Source of the DNA: Microgenomates group bacterium GW2011_GWC1_46_15
GTDB lineage: Bacteria; Patescibacteriota; Microgenomatia; UBA1400; UBA12028
Assembly: GCA_001002285.1 (NCBI GenBank)
Contig: LCLX01000001.1
Location: 64,030 to 128,029 of the forward strand
Length of the DNA: 64,000 bases
Reading direction: 5' to 3'
How positions within the stretch are numbered: position 1 is the first letter of the stretch; the number at the start of each line of letters is the position of its first letter. Shown here piece after piece: positions 9,720 through 19,760 of the stretch. A model generated the notes under the pieces. It was not told the DNA's origin. It saw nothing but the letters and a program-made list of their open reading frames with translations, and made no database searches. A program made the translations under genes and the position numbers.

Positions 9720-10946
9720 ATGTTTGACCCGAATATCATTAAAAAAGACTTCCCCATTCTAAACCGGACTGTGCGGAACGGCAAACCGCTCGTGTATCTC
9801 GATTCTGCCGCGACCAGCCAAAAACCGCAGGCGGTCATTGATTCGATTGTTGAGTACTACACGCAGCACAATGCAAATGTGCACCGCGGAATTCACGCTT
9901 TGGGCGATGAAAGTACACGCATGTTTTATGCCGCCCGCAATACAATTGCAAAGTTTTTTAGTGCAGATACGAATGAGTTGATTTTGATGCGTAATACAAC
10001 CGAAGCGATTAACGCGGTGGTGTACATGTGGGCAGAAGATCATGTTTCTGTAGGTGATGTGATTTTGACAACAGAGATGGAGCACCACAGCAATCTTGTT
10101 CCGTGGCAGGTGTTTGCGAAACGCAAAGGTTGCTCGATTGAGTATGTACGGGTTACGGAGTCCGGTGAGTTGGACATGGCCGATCTCAAAAAGAAACTAC
10201 GCAAAGGTGTAAAACTCGTTGCGATGTCGCACGTTTCAAATACATTGGGCGTGATGAATCCTGTTGCTGAGATTTCTAAACTGGCTCATGTAGTCGGAAC
10301 GCTCGTTCTTGTCGACGGCGCGCAAAGCGCGCCACATCTTCCGATTGATTTCCACAAACTTGGATGTGATTTCTTTGCGTTTTCCGGACACAAAATGGTG
10401 GGACCAATGGGGATTGGTGGCTTACTTGTCCGCGCCGAAGTATTCAAACACATGCATCCGTTTTTGTACGGCGGCGGCATGATTAACGAAGTGAGCTTGG
10501 ACACCACCACGTTTGCCGATGTACCAGACGCATACATCGCCGGAACCCCAGATGTAGCAAGTACGGTTGGGCTCGCGGCGGCGTGCAACTATTTGTCAAA
10601 ACTTGGCATGGAACAGGTGGTAAAACACGATGCTGAGTTGGTGAGCTACGCGCTTAACCAACTCAAAAAAATTTCACAACTTCATATTGTTGGCCCAATG
10701 GATGCAAGAAAGCGGTGTGGAAGTGTTGCGTTTATCTACGACGGCGTACACGCGCACGATGTTGCGCAAATTTTGGATAGCGAAGGAATCGCAGTACGTT
10801 CCGGCCATCACTGTACGATGCCGCTCCATGCAAAATTTAAATGGGGAGCAACAACGCGGGCAAGTTTTAATGTGTACACAACAAAAGAAGATATTGATGT
10901 ATTGATTCGCGGAATTCAAAAAGTAAAAGAAGTATTTGGAAAATAA
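9720..10946 (+). CDS. sufS: cysteine desulfurase SufS (class V aminotransferase)
   Basis: MFDPNIIKKDFPILNRTVRNGKPLVYLDSAATSQKP, the PLP lysine region SGHKMVGPMGIG, and the catalytic loop RSGHHC. ATG at 9720 chosen over the upstream alternative start. Confidence 0.9.
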   Translation: MFDPNIIKKDFPILNRTVRNGKPLVYLDSAATSQKPQAVIDSIVEYYTQHNANVHRGIHALGDESTRMFYAARNTIAKFFSADTNELILMRNTTEAINAVVYMWAEDHVSVGDVILTTEMEHHSNLVPWQVFAKRKGCSIEYVRVTESGELDMADLKKKLRKGVKLVAMSHVSNTLGVMNPVAEISKLAHVVGTLVLVDGAQSAPHLPIDFHKLGCDFFAFSGHKMVGPMGIGGLLVRAEVFKHMHPFLYGGGMINEVSLDTTTFADVPDAYIAGTPDVASTVGLAAACNYLSKLGMEQVVKHDAELVSYALNQLKKISQLHIVGPMDARKRCGSVAFIYDGVHAHDVAQILDSEGIAVRSGHHCTMPLHAKFKWGATTRASFNVYTTKEDIDVLIRGIQKVKEVFGK

Positions 10947-10951
10947 CATGT

Positions 10952-11314
10952 ATGTCCGACCTTTACCAAGAAATTATTCTTAACCACGCGGGCAATCCCC
11001 GAAATTTTGGCACGCTTACTCATCCAACCCACACGCTGAAAGAAGCGAATGCAAGTTGTGGTGACATGGTTGAAATGCAGCTGCTTGTTAAAAATGGCAA
11101 GGTCCAAGACGTCAAATGGCGCGGTGTGGGATGCGCAATCAGCACGGCAAGCTGCAGTATGGTTTCTGAGCTTATTAAAGGAAAACCGATTGCGTTTGCA
11201 AAAAAACTCACAGAAAAATTGTTGCTTAAAGAGATGGGGATGAATGCCATTCTTCCAACACGCGAGAAGTGTCTTTTACTTCCTCTGCGGGCGCTTCAGC
11301 ATCTCTCACAGTAA
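10952..11314 (+). CDS. sufU: SufU/IscU-like Fe-S scaffold/sulfur acceptor
   Basis: LNHAGNPRNFG, CGDMVEMQL and GCAISTASCS carry the conserved Cys triad. Confidence 0.8.
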   Translation: MSDLYQEIILNHAGNPRNFGTLTHPTHTLKEANASCGDMVEMQLLVKNGKVQDVKWRGVGCAISTASCSMVSELIKGKPIAFAKKLTEKLLLKEMGMNAILPTREKCLLLPLRALQHLSQ

Positions 11315-11338
11315 GCACCTGAGGTACAATACGCCTGT

Positions 11339-12409
11339 ATGAAGATTGTTCATCTCAGCACAACACCAGCGCGTGAAGTCATTACGGCCGCTATTTCCAC
11401 ACTGAAAAGCGGTGGGCTTGTTGTGTATCCCACGGAAACGACGTACGGCATTGGTGCAGATGCAACAAATCAAAAAGCAGTAGACAAGCTTTTGCAGTAT
11501 AAAAAACGGCGGGAAGGCAAGCCACTTTCCATCGCGGTTTTCGATCAATCAATGGCAGAAATATATGTTGAGTTAAATGCAGCAGCAAAAAAAGTATATA
11601 CAACATTTTTACCGGGCCCCATAACAGTTGTTTCAAAAAGCAAAGGAAATGTTGCAAAAGGAGTAACTTCGGAAACTGGAGCATTGGGAATCCGCATACC
11701 AAATTACCCACTCATACTTCAATTGATAAAAGCATATGGAAAACCGATTACAGCAACGGGTGCAAATGCGTCGTATAAAAAACGACCGTATACGATTCAA
11801 GATATTTTTAGCAACATTTCAGAAAAACAAAAATCGCTGATTGATGTAGTACTGGACGCGGGCGAGCTTCCGCACAACGAACCGTCTACAGTGATCGATA
11901 CAACGTTAGATGATATCGAAGTCTTGCGGCAAGGCAGTATTACGTTTTCGGAAACATCACAGATAAAAACGCACAGTACGGAAGAAACAGTTCGCCTCGG
12001 GAAAAAAATAGTGCAGAAATACAAAAACCTGTTAAGTTATAAAGCGCTTGTTTTTTGTTTAGTTGGTGAGTTGGGAGCGGGCAAAACACAGTTTAGTAAA
12101 GGAATTGCTGAGGGACTAGGAATTAAAAAAACGATTGTTTCCCCGACATTTACACTTTCACGCAACTATCCGTTTGAGGGTGAGGGGAAAAAGTTAGAGT
12201 TCGTACATATTGATACGTGGCGCCTTTTTTCCAGCAAAGAATTTTTAGATTTAGGGTTTGCACAGATGATTGATTCATGCGATGTGATTGCGGTTGAGTG
12301 GGCGGATAAAGTGCATGATGTGTTGAATCAATACAGCGATGAAGCCAAACTTATTTGGGTGAAGTTTGAGTATGGTAAGGATGAAAACGAAAGAACAATC
12401 ACGATATGA
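11339..12409 (+). CDS. fusion of TsaC/Sua5 (YrdC domain) and TsaE (P-loop ATPase) for t6A37 biosynthesis
   Basis: The N-terminal half has GGLVVYPTETTYGIGADATN (YrdC/Sua5 signature). The C-terminal half has LVGELGAGKTQFSKGIAEGLGI (TsaE/YjeE P-loop). The two sit in one ORF. Confidence 0.75.
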   Translation: MKIVHLSTTPAREVITAAISTLKSGGLVVYPTETTYGIGADATNQKAVDKLLQYKKRREGKPLSIAVFDQSMAEIYVELNAAAKKVYTTFLPGPITVVSKSKGNVAKGVTSETGALGIRIPNYPLILQLIKAYGKPITATGANASYKKRPYTIQDIFSNISEKQKSLIDVVLDAGELPHNEPSTVIDTTLDDIEVLRQGSITFSETSQIKTHSTEETVRLGKKIVQKYKNLLSYKALVFCLVGELGAGKTQFSKGIAEGLGIKKTIVSPTFTLSRNYPFEGEGKKLEFVHIDTWRLFSSKEFLDLGFAQMIDSCDVIAVEWADKVHDVLNQYSDEAKLIWVKFEYGKDENERTITI

Positions 12410-13437
12410 ACATTTTAGCGATTGATACTTCATGTGATGAAACATCGGTCGCGGTTGTGCAAGATGACCGTATTGTTGCGAATATTATTTCTTCGCAGGT
12501 TGAGTTACACACACCATTTGGCGGCGTTGTTCCGATAGTTGCGAAACGCGCGCACGAGGAACGCATTAATCTTGTTGTTGAAAAAGCGCTCAAACAAGCG
12601 CGGGTGAAACTCAACAACATTGATGTGTTTGCCGTTACATATGGCCCCGGCCTAGCCATTTCGCTGGAAGTCGGGGTGCGCAAAGCAAAAGAATTTGCGC
12701 GTGAGTATCACAAACCATTAGTTGCGGTAAACCATATGGAGGGGCACATCTATGCGATGTTTGCCGGTGGTAAAAAAGTAATCCCATATCTTCCGTTGTT
12801 AGCACTGCTTGTTTCCGGTGGGCACACTGAGTTAGTGCTGATGAAAAATCACGGCGTATATAAATTAGTAGGACAGACGGTTGATGATGCGGCTGGCGAA
12901 GCATTCGACAAAGTTGCCCGCATGTTAGGACTTGGATATCCTGGTGGGGCTTTGCTTGCCAAACTTGCGGAAGAGGGAAATCCGCGCGCGTATCCGTTTA
13001 CCATTCCTATGACGCGAACGGGCGATTTGAACTTTAGTTTTTCCGGCATCAAAACGGCAGTCATGCGGTTGATGAAAGAACTCACTCACGATGGTGCCCG
13101 TACGTTAACGAAAAAAGAAACTATGGATATTGCCGCGTCGTTTCAGCATATTGCGATTGAGCATTTAGTGAGAAAGACGGTAAGGGCAGTTGAACGTACG
13201 CATGTTCAAACGGTGATCATTGGCGGCGGTGTTTCTGCAAATCTATTATTGCGGAAAACATTGCGGGCGCGATTAAAACCATTGGGTGTTTCTGTCCTGT
13301 ATCCCACAGATAAAAAGTTGTGTATGGATAACGCGGCCATGATTGGAATTGTTGCGTACTACAAAGCTCAGCGCGGAGAGTTTGTACAAGATATTGAAAA
13401 ACTTGATAGAAATCCAGTTGCGGAAATTACGGATTAA
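12406..13437 (+). CDS. tsaD: tRNA N6-adenosine threonylcarbamoyltransferase TsaD (Kae1/YgjD)
   Basis: MNILAIDTSCDETSVAVV, the metal-binding motif NHMEGHIYA, and GGVSAN. Confidence 0.9.
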   Translation: MNILAIDTSCDETSVAVVQDDRIVANIISSQVELHTPFGGVVPIVAKRAHEERINLVVEKALKQARVKLNNIDVFAVTYGPGLAISLEVGVRKAKEFAREYHKPLVAVNHMEGHIYAMFAGGKKVIPYLPLLALLVSGGHTELVLMKNHGVYKLVGQTVDDAAGEAFDKVARMLGLGYPGGALLAKLAEEGNPRAYPFTIPMTRTGDLNFSFSGIKTAVMRLMKELTHDGARTLTKKETMDIAASFQHIAIEHLVRKTVRAVERTHVQTVIIGGGVSANLLLRKTLRARLKPLGVSVLYPTDKKLCMDNAAMIGIVAYYKAQRGEFVQDIEKLDRNPVAEITD

Positions 13438-13709
13438 CGGCCAGAGTTTGCACGTCCATCCATGCGGTGAAATCCAGGGGGTGGGTCCCAATGTCTATCT
13501 CCACCAACACTTTCGGGGTGAAGGTTTTGCTTCAGTAGAGCACGATATTCTGCCTGAATATTATTAGGTAACCTTCTAAACATTTCAGCTAAAACTGCCG
13601 GAGCGACAGTTTCATCAGAAAAATATACACCAACAACTTCACCACTGTTTATTTTTGATCGAATAAATGTCATAAGATGCAAACGACCTTCATCATTCAT
13701 ATTTTCCAC
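13434..13709 (-). CDS. hypothetical small protein
   Basis: 91-aa ORF in a 327-bp gap, with a GTG start (ATG three codons in). No motif recognised. Confidence 0.25.
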   Translation of the reverse strand: MENMNDEGRLHLMTFIRSKINSGEVVGVYFSDETVAPAVLAEMFRRLPNNIQAEYRALLKQNLHPESVGGDRHWDPPPGFHRMDGRANSGR

Positions 13710-13764
13710 ACTATCACATCTTTTAACCTACAATCCAGCCCCGTATATCAGATATAATACAAGT

Positions 13765-14304
13765 ATGAATATTGTTGTCGGCAGTACAAATCCGGTAAAA
13801 ATTGAGGCGGTTCGGCAAGCCTTTTCGCATCTGGGCATAGAAATTCACATTGAAGGGATTGATGTTGAAAGCGGTGTTTCCGCGCAACCACGGTCGGATA
13901 CAGAAACAAAGCGCGGGGCGGCTCAGCGCGCACGCAAAGCGTTGAAACGTACCCCGACTGCAGATGTTGGCATTGGACTCGAGGGTGGCGTGCACAAAAC
14001 ACGCAGTGGATTATTGAACACGGTATGGGTGTGCCTGATTGATAAAAAACATCATCGTGAGTTCGTTGCGAATGGCGAGCGGTTTTACTTGCCTCCCGCC
14101 GTTGCGCGCCACATTTTAAATGGTAAAGAAATGGGGCCAGCACTTGATGAAATTACCGGTGAGGCGAACATCAAAAAAGGCCGGGGCATGATTGGTGTCA
14201 TCACCAAGGGTCTGCTCACACGCACGGAAATTTACGCGCATTTAGTAAAAATAGTTGTTGGATTATGGCATGGGCAGGGCTGGGAAGAGGCATACTCGAA
14301 GTAA
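13765..14304 (+). CDS. yjjX: inosine/xanthosine triphosphatase (YjjX family non-canonical NTPase)
   Basis: MNIVVGSTNPVKIEAVRQAF...GIGLEGGV...GVITKGLLTRTEIYAHLV aligns with E. coli YjjX along its whole length, as recalled from memory. Confidence 0.8.
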   Translation: MNIVVGSTNPVKIEAVRQAFSHLGIEIHIEGIDVESGVSAQPRSDTETKRGAAQRARKALKRTPTADVGIGLEGGVHKTRSGLLNTVWVCLIDKKHHREFVANGERFYLPPAVARHILNGKEMGPALDEITGEANIKKGRGMIGVITKGLLTRTEIYAHLVKIVVGLWHGQGWEEAYSK

Positions 14305-14325
14305 AACTGGTAGAATACACACCAT

Positions 14326-15306
14326 ATGGTAAAACATCGTGTTTTATCCGGCATTCGTGCAACAGGCCGCCTTCACCTCGGCAACTATTTTGGTGCGGTA
14401 AAAGGAATGTTGGCTTTGCAGAATGATCCTGACTACGAAACATTGTATATGGTTGCGGATGTGCACACGCTCACCACGCCATATACCATTGAAGAACTCC
14501 GCAAGAACCGCCGCGAAGTAATTCTTGATTACTTGGCGGCCGGGCTTGATCCCAAAAAAAGCATTTTATTCCAGCAAGCGGAAGTCAATGAACACATCGA
14601 GTTGGCATTTTATTTCTCCAGCGTCGTAACGATTGCAAAAATGCAGCACTTGCCAACATTTAAAGATAAAGTCAAACAGTACCCCGAACATGCCACAATG
14701 GCGCTCTTAAACTATCCAATTTTGATGGCGGCAGATATTTTGGTCTACAAAGCTTCGCTTGTACCGGTGGGCATTGACCAGGAACCACACTTAGAAGTTG
14801 CGCGCGAAATTGCTCGCCGCATGAATCAGGACTATGGTACCGATTTCCCTGAACCCAAGCGTTTTGCCACAAAAGGCGAGTACATTCCATCGCTTACTGG
14901 CGAAGGAAAAATGAGTAAGTCGGTTGAGGGAAGCTACATTAATTTGACCGATGATCTTGAAACAATCCGCAAAAAAATCCGTTCGGTGCCGACTGCGACA
15001 ACGGCGGGTGGAGAAATGCCTGTCGGGGTGAAAACACTATTTGCGTTTTTAAATCTTGTTGATCCAGGCTTGGTAGAAAAGTTTCAAAAAACATACGATG
15101 CAGGAACACTCAAGTTTGTTGAGCTGAAAGACCACGTTGCCGAGGCTATTTCCAAAGAACTTCAACCGTTTCAGCAAAAACGGAAAGAACTAGAAGAAGA
15201 TACGGCATATGTTGACCGCGTGATTGCGGAAGGTGCAGAAAAAGCCCGCGCCATAGCACAAAAAACAGTGAAAGAAGTGCGGGAAAAGATGGGACTATTA
15301 TCTTGA
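14326..15306 (+). CDS. trpS: tryptophan--tRNA ligase
   Basis: HIGH-type motif GIRATGRLHLGNYFG, KMSKS motif GKMSKS. Ends with TGA. Confidence 0.9.
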   Translation: MVKHRVLSGIRATGRLHLGNYFGAVKGMLALQNDPDYETLYMVADVHTLTTPYTIEELRKNRREVILDYLAAGLDPKKSILFQQAEVNEHIELAFYFSSVVTIAKMQHLPTFKDKVKQYPEHATMALLNYPILMAADILVYKASLVPVGIDQEPHLEVAREIARRMNQDYGTDFPEPKRFATKGEYIPSLTGEGKMSKSVEGSYINLTDDLETIRKKIRSVPTATTAGGEMPVGVKTLFAFLNLVDPGLVEKFQKTYDAGTLKFVELKDHVAEAISKELQPFQQKRKELEEDTAYVDRVIAEGAEKARAIAQKTVKEVREKMGLLS

Positions 15307-15641
15307 GCGTAAAAGAGGAAAACGTGCCAGAAACAGATGAGCAATTTGCCGCAAGCATTAAAGAATCGGTTGGAGAATCCCGTCAAACTGTTGTTGGTAT
15401 GGCAATTAATGCGAGGAATGCCAGGGACATAGCGGTAATGTATATGAAAGAAGGAAATGCCGAAAAGGAAAAAGAGTGGAAAGAAGAGAAAGAAAAGTTA
15501 GAACGATGGCTAAAAATTCATATTCGTAAATATGGGGGGGTACAAGCCATTGATGATTGGTTGAAGGAACACGATCCAGGACACGCCCTTTTAATGACGA
15601 TTCCCAATATGGATTGGTCATTTCTTGAAAAAGCCTCCTAG
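15303..15641 (+). CDS. hypothetical charged protein
   Basis: 112-aa ORF overlapping the trpS stop. E/K-rich, with a non-ATG start (TTG or GTG). Confidence 0.3.
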   Translation: MSVKEENVPETDEQFAASIKESVGESRQTVVGMAINARNARDIAVMYMKEGNAEKEKEWKEEKEKLERWLKIHIRKYGGVQAIDDWLKEHDPGHALLMTIPNMDWSFLEKAS

Positions 15642-15644
15642 AAG

Positions 15645-16076
15645 TTACCCAAGAAATTCAAATTCACGCACAAACATTTTCTTTAACCCCTTATCAAATG
15701 TTGCGATGCGTGTTGTTTTAAAATGCCGTGCGTACGCGATAATGCTGCAATCTTCCATGGATAACCAAGACGAAGTTTGTTTTGAGAAAATATCGAGTGT
15801 TTGAGAAAAAAGCGGATGTGTACAAAAAACAAGCGCAGTGTTTTTTGTTTGTTTATCAACAAAATGCCGCAGTAAACGACCAATGAGTTGTATTTGTTTC
15901 GTTTTTGTGAGTAAAACTGTTCCAACTTCTGCCAAAATTAAGTCGGATAATACTTTTTGCTGTGCCTCAATTTTTTTGACAAGTAACACCGCGCGCTCAT
16001 GGAGCGAATCATGTTCATTAAAGTATGCGATTAAAACATTTGAATCGAGAATAATTGGTTTATTTTTCATCTTCAT
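15645..16076 (-). CDS. vapC: PIN-domain ribonuclease toxin (VapC-like)
   Basis: MKNKPIILDSNVLIAYFNEHDSLHERA... carries the PIN acidic residues. Start taken at the internal MKNK, which gives a 17-nt overlap with the upstream antitoxin. Confidence 0.7.
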   Translation of the reverse strand: MKMKNKPIILDSNVLIAYFNEHDSLHERAVLLVKKIEAQQKVLSDLILAEVGTVLLTKTKQIQLIGRLLRHFVDKQTKNTALVFCTHPLFSQTLDIFSKQTSSWLSMEDCSIIAYARHFKTTRIATFDKGLKKMFVREFEFLG

Positions 16077-16356
16077 GAAGTTTTCCTCCATAAAGAATTT
16101 CATCAACACTTTTATCTTCAAAGTATGTTTTCCCACGCCAAGCATACAGTGTTGCAAGATCAGCAAATGTCATTTTCTTTCCCATTCTTTTTATCCGCAT
16201 CTTTTTTAATTCCTTGGCAACGATAGGTTCCAGCTTACCCCGTACAAAAGCAGAAACAGGAACTCCTTCATGTTGCGCAACGTACCGCAAATCACTGTAA
16301 AACGCGTCGGACACTTTTAATGGAAAGATTTTTTTCTTTGTTTTTCTATAGTTCAT
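16060..16356 (-). CDS. putative antitoxin (RHH/CopG-like) of the VapBC-type module
   Basis: 98-aa ORF immediately upstream of the PIN gene and overlapping it. FPLKVSDAFYSDLRYVAQHEGVPVSAFVRGKL resembles a ribbon-helix-helix fold. Confidence 0.5.
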   Translation of the reverse strand: MNYRKTKKKIFPLKVSDAFYSDLRYVAQHEGVPVSAFVRGKLEPIVAKELKKMRIKRMGKKMTFADLATLYAWRGKTYFEDKSVDEILYGGKLHEDEK

Positions 16357-16425
16357 GGTATATACACTTTATCAGAATCGTATATACATATCAATCGTCA
16401 GATATCTGCGGTTTATCGGATTTTC

Positions 16426-16839
16426 GTGTTGTTTCACCTGTTTTTGGATGATACAATCTCAGCCATGTCGCCAGAGCCAACACAATCAGCAGTGCAGTCA
16501 GCAACAAAGTCTTCAATTGCGTATGCGGATTTTGATAAACTCGACATCCGTGTAGGCACAGTGATTGAGGCGAGCGCGCCGGAATGGTCCGCCAAATTAA
16601 TCCGGTATGTCGTTGATTTTGGTGAAACCATTGGAAAACGCGTCCTTTTCTCCGGTATCCGTAAGTGGTATGCTCCGGAAGACTTAATCGGCAAACAGTA
16701 TTGTTTTGTGGTCAATCTCGAGCCCAAGAAAATGGGTGAAGAGGAAAGCCAAGGTATGATGATCATGGCCGACACAGAGAAGGGGCCGATTTTAACTCCG
16801 TTCTCCCAACCGGTGCCCAACGGGACAGGTGTGAGATAA
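16426..16839 (+). CDS. tRNA-binding domain protein (CsaA/Myf/EMAP-II-like OB fold)
   Basis: DFDKLDIRVGTVIEA...YVVDFGE...GIRKWYAPEDLIGKQYCFVVNLEPKKM is a classic tRNA-binding OB domain. The start is probably ATG 16465. Confidence 0.6.
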   Translation: MLFHLFLDDTISAMSPEPTQSAVQSATKSSIAYADFDKLDIRVGTVIEASAPEWSAKLIRYVVDFGETIGKRVLFSGIRKWYAPEDLIGKQYCFVVNLEPKKMGEEESQGMMIMADTEKGPILTPFSQPVPNGTGVR

Positions 16840-16872
16840 TACGCTTGAGAAAGAACGGGAAAGAACATTTTT

Positions 16873-18840
16873 ATGGAAAAACAGACGAAAAAGCACATGA
16901 AGCATGACGTAAAGACTCCAGCACCTGCGCAGGAAAAATCTTCGCAACCCCAATCTACTCCGCAAGCTCAACAGACTCCGCGCAATGGCAGGCAAATCAA
17001 ACGTATCGAAATTCAAGTCGGCATGGATCCGCGCAAAATGTTAACGTGGGCGCTCATTGGATTACTTTTTATCCCATACATTATTGCTTTACTCAATGGC
17101 AGTGGCAATGAAAAAATTGCGCTTTCTCAACTTGTGAATGATGTGCGGGATCAAAAAGTGCAAAAGATTAAGATCATGGGGCAAAATATTGAAGTGCAGT
17201 ACAAGGATGGAAGCAAGAAAATCTCGCGCAAAGAAGATAGTCAAAATCTTGTTGAGGTTATGAAGGCTTCGGATATTGATCCGGCGCAGGTTGAAACGGA
17301 AATCATCACGCCGTCAGCACTCTCGCAGTTGTTCACATTTTTTGTGAGTTATATGCTTCCCGCGCTTGTTGTTGGCATACTGATTTTGATTGTGATGCGT
17401 CGGCAGATGGGTGGTGACTCCGGTATTTTTGCGATTGGTAAATCGAAAGCGAAACTATTTAACAAAGGCAAACAGAATGTAAAGTTTTCCGATGTTGGAG
17501 GTTTAACAGAAGCCAAGCGCGAACTCGAAGAAATTGTAGACTTTTTGAAGAATCCAAAAAAATACCGCGATGTGGGTGCGCGCGTTCCAAAAGGAGCGCT
17601 TTTAGTTGGCCCAAGCGGAACGGGCAAAACGATGCTTGCTCGAGCCGTAGCCGGAGAAGCCAACGTCCCGTTTTTGTCCATGGCTGGCTCAGAGTTCATG
17701 GAGATGTTGGTCGGCGTTGGTGCTTCCCGCGCCCGTGATTTATTTGAAACGGCAAAGCGCGTCGCCCCCTCTATTATTTTCATTGATGAAATTGATGCAA
17801 TCGGCCGTATGCGCGGATTTGGTTCGATGGGCGGACACGATGAGCGCGAGCAAACGCTCAACCAGATTTTAGTTGAGATGGACGGATTTACACCAAACGA
17901 TACAGTAATTGTACTGGCAGCAACAAACCGTGGCGACTTGCTCGACCCTGCGTTAGTCCGGCCGGGACGCTTTGACCGGCGTGTCACCCTCGACCTTCCG
18001 GATCTTGAAGAACGCAAGTTTATTCTTCGCATCCACGCAAAAAACAAACCATTTATCAAGGATTTGATTTGGGAAAAAATTGCTAAGCGCACTGTTGGTT
18101 TCTCCGGCGCCGATCTTGAAAACATGCTCAACGAGGCGGCCATTCTTATCGCGCGTGAAGGACGGACAAGTATTACGGCAAAAGATATTGAAGAGGCGGC
18201 ACTCAAAGTTAAACTTGGCCCGGAAAAGAAAAGGCTCCAGTCGGATTACGAAAGAAAAATGACCGCGTATCACGAGGGTGGGCACGCTATTTTGGCCCAC
18301 TACTTGCCAAACACCGATCCTGTGCACCGCATTTCTATTGTGTCGCGTGGCCGTGCGCTTGGATTTACGATGACGCCGCCGGAAACCGATAAGTATCAGC
18401 AAACACAGTCTGAGTTAGAAGATGAGATTGTTGTACTGTTGGGCGGTCGTACTGCGGAAAAATTAATCTTCAACGAGCTCACTGGCGGAGCAAGTAGCGA
18501 TATTGACCATGCAACGCGCATTGCCCGTGCAATGGTGATCGACTATGGGATGTCCAATCTTGGCCCAGTGAATCTTGGCCCGCAGTATGATGTTTCGGAC
18601 TATGGTCGCTCAATGTATGAACCACCAAAGTTGAGTGACGACATGCAGGCAAAAGTTGACAAGGAAATCAGTCAAATTATTACTATTGCAATGAAAAAGG
18701 CAGAAGTGCTTTTGGCAAAATATAGGAAAGAACTTGATAAAGTTGCAGCAAAGTTGCTCGAAGTTGAAACGCTTGAAGGCGAAGAATTTGAAGCCCTGCT
18801 TGACTCGAAGAAAACAAAACCAAAACACACGGGTATGTGA
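16873..18840 (+). CDS. ftsH: ATP-dependent zinc metalloprotease FtsH
   Basis: AAA+ [18 protein letters not shown], Walker [10 protein letters not shown], second region of homology, and zinc motif HEGGHA. Confidence 0.92.
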   Translation: MEKQTKKHMKHDVKTPAPAQEKSSQPQSTPQAQQTPRNGRQIKRIEIQVGMDPRKMLTWALIGLLFIPYIIALLNGSGNEKIALSQLVNDVRDQKVQKIKIMGQNIEVQYKDGSKKISRKEDSQNLVEVMKASDIDPAQVETEIITPSALSQLFTFFVSYMLPALVVGILILIVMRRQMGGDSGIFAIGKSKAKLFNKGKQNVKFSDVGGLTEAKRELEEIVDFLKNPKKYRDVGARVPKGALLVGPSGTGKTMLARAVAGEANVPFLSMAGSEFMEMLVGVGASRARDLFETAKRVAPSIIFIDEIDAIGRMRGFGSMGGHDEREQTLNQILVEMDGFTPNDTVIVLAATNRGDLLDPALVRPGRFDRRVTLDLPDLEERKFILRIHAKNKPFIKDLIWEKIAKRTVGFSGADLENMLNEAAILIAREGRTSITAKDIEEAALKVKLGPEKKRLQSDYERKMTAYHEGGHAILAHYLPNTDPVHRISIVSRGRALGFTMTPPETDKYQQTQSELEDEIVVLLGGRTAEKLIFNELTGGASSDIDHATRIARAMVIDYGMSNLGPVNLGPQYDVSDYGRSMYEPPKLSDDMQAKVDKEISQIITIAMKKAEVLLAKYRKELDKVAAKLLEVETLEGEEFEALLDSKKTKPKHTGM

Positions 18841-18852
18841 TATGCTTGAACA

Positions 18853-19287
18853 ATGAGTGGACAATCCCATCGTTTAACACGGCGTCTTTTTCATCACCGC
18901 AAGTTCCGTACGGTATTTGTTCTCATTTTAATATTCACAGTTGTATTGGGTTTTACCATCGTTCCCATTGAAGCAACAAGTCCACTGGCAAGAATACACA
19001 CATCTGAAGAGGGGTTATGGTGGGCAGTTACCACAGTGACCGGTGTTGGATATGGCGACTTTGTTCCGATCACAACATTGGGGCGAGTGGTTGGCGCACT
19101 TCTGCAAATCTCCGGCGTTCTCATGTTTGGTCTTATTATCGGTATTATTGGTGTGACACTCACAAAACGGCAGGAAGAGTACTCATGGTTCCGTTTGTTC
19201 GACCGATTAGATCAGTTGGAAGAAAAACTGAACGCGTTAGAAAAAAAGAGCAAGTTTTTAATTCACAATGGGGAAGAAAAAGGGTAG
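18853..19287 (+). CDS. 2-TM potassium channel (KcsA-like pore)
   Basis: Two hydrophobic helices flank the selectivity filter TVTGVGYGDFVP, followed by a short coiled-coil tail. Confidence 0.75.
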   Translation: MSGQSHRLTRRLFHHRKFRTVFVLILIFTVVLGFTIVPIEATSPLARIHTSEEGLWWAVTTVTGVGYGDFVPITTLGRVVGALLQISGVLMFGLIIGIIGVTLTKRQEEYSWFRLFDRLDQLEEKLNALEKKSKFLIHNGEEKG

Positions 19288-19303
19288 GGTAGTCATATGT
19301 GTA

Positions 19304-19723
19304 TTATTTCAACACAATGAGATATGTGCCAAGAAGAAGGAAAAAGATGCCGAGTACTCCGAACTGTGAGATTTTTTCCTTAAACAACAGTACGCCAAGC
19401 ACAATTGCAAAAATAAAACTTAATTTATCAATAGGTACGACTTTGTGAACATCTCCAATCTGAAGCGCGCGGAAATAGAACAGCCACGAAAGACCTGTTG
19501 CAATACCGGACAATCCTAAAAACACCCACGTGAGTGTTGAGAATTTCCCAGCGTCTTTCAGATTTCCCTGAACGAGAACGATCAATAACGCAAACGGGAG
19601 GATAAAAAGGATGCGGATGAATGTTGCGAGATTGCTATCCACGCCCTTCATGCCGATTTTCGCAAAAATTGAGGTAAGCGCTGCAAACACCGCGGAGGCA
19701 AGAGCAAAAAGAAACCAATTCAT
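19304..19723 (-). CDS. small EamA/DMT-like half-transporter
   Basis: Four hydrophobic helices with EamA-like composition. Start taken at MNWFLF to avoid overlap with the 5'-3' exonuclease gene. Confidence 0.55.
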   Translation of the reverse strand: MNWFLFALASAVFAALTSIFAKIGMKGVDSNLATFIRILFILPFALLIVLVQGNLKDAGKFSTLTWVFLGLSGIATGLSWLFYFRALQIGDVHKVVPIDKLSFIFAIVLGVLLFKEKISQFGVLGIFFLLLGTYLIVLK

Positions 19724-19760
19724 ATTTCTAGTGTAGTCCTGGTGTAAAATAAGGGCAACT

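Noticed and set aside
14304-15306. Possibility of an alternative genetic code (UGA recoding, as in some CPR lineages)
   Set aside because: Well-conserved genes (trpS, sufB) terminate exactly at TGA where orthologues end, and no conserved gene appears to read through TGA. Standard code 11 fits.
17349-18206. 285-aa minus-strand ORF inside ftsH, and similar long antisense ORFs (4890-5585 in sufC, 46010-46942 in pnp, 52739-53731 in ftsK, 35381-36085 in infB, 38771-39274)
   Set aside because: They lie entirely antisense to strongly supported conserved genes. They have S/P/R-rich low-complexity composition typical of shadow frames, and no motifs.
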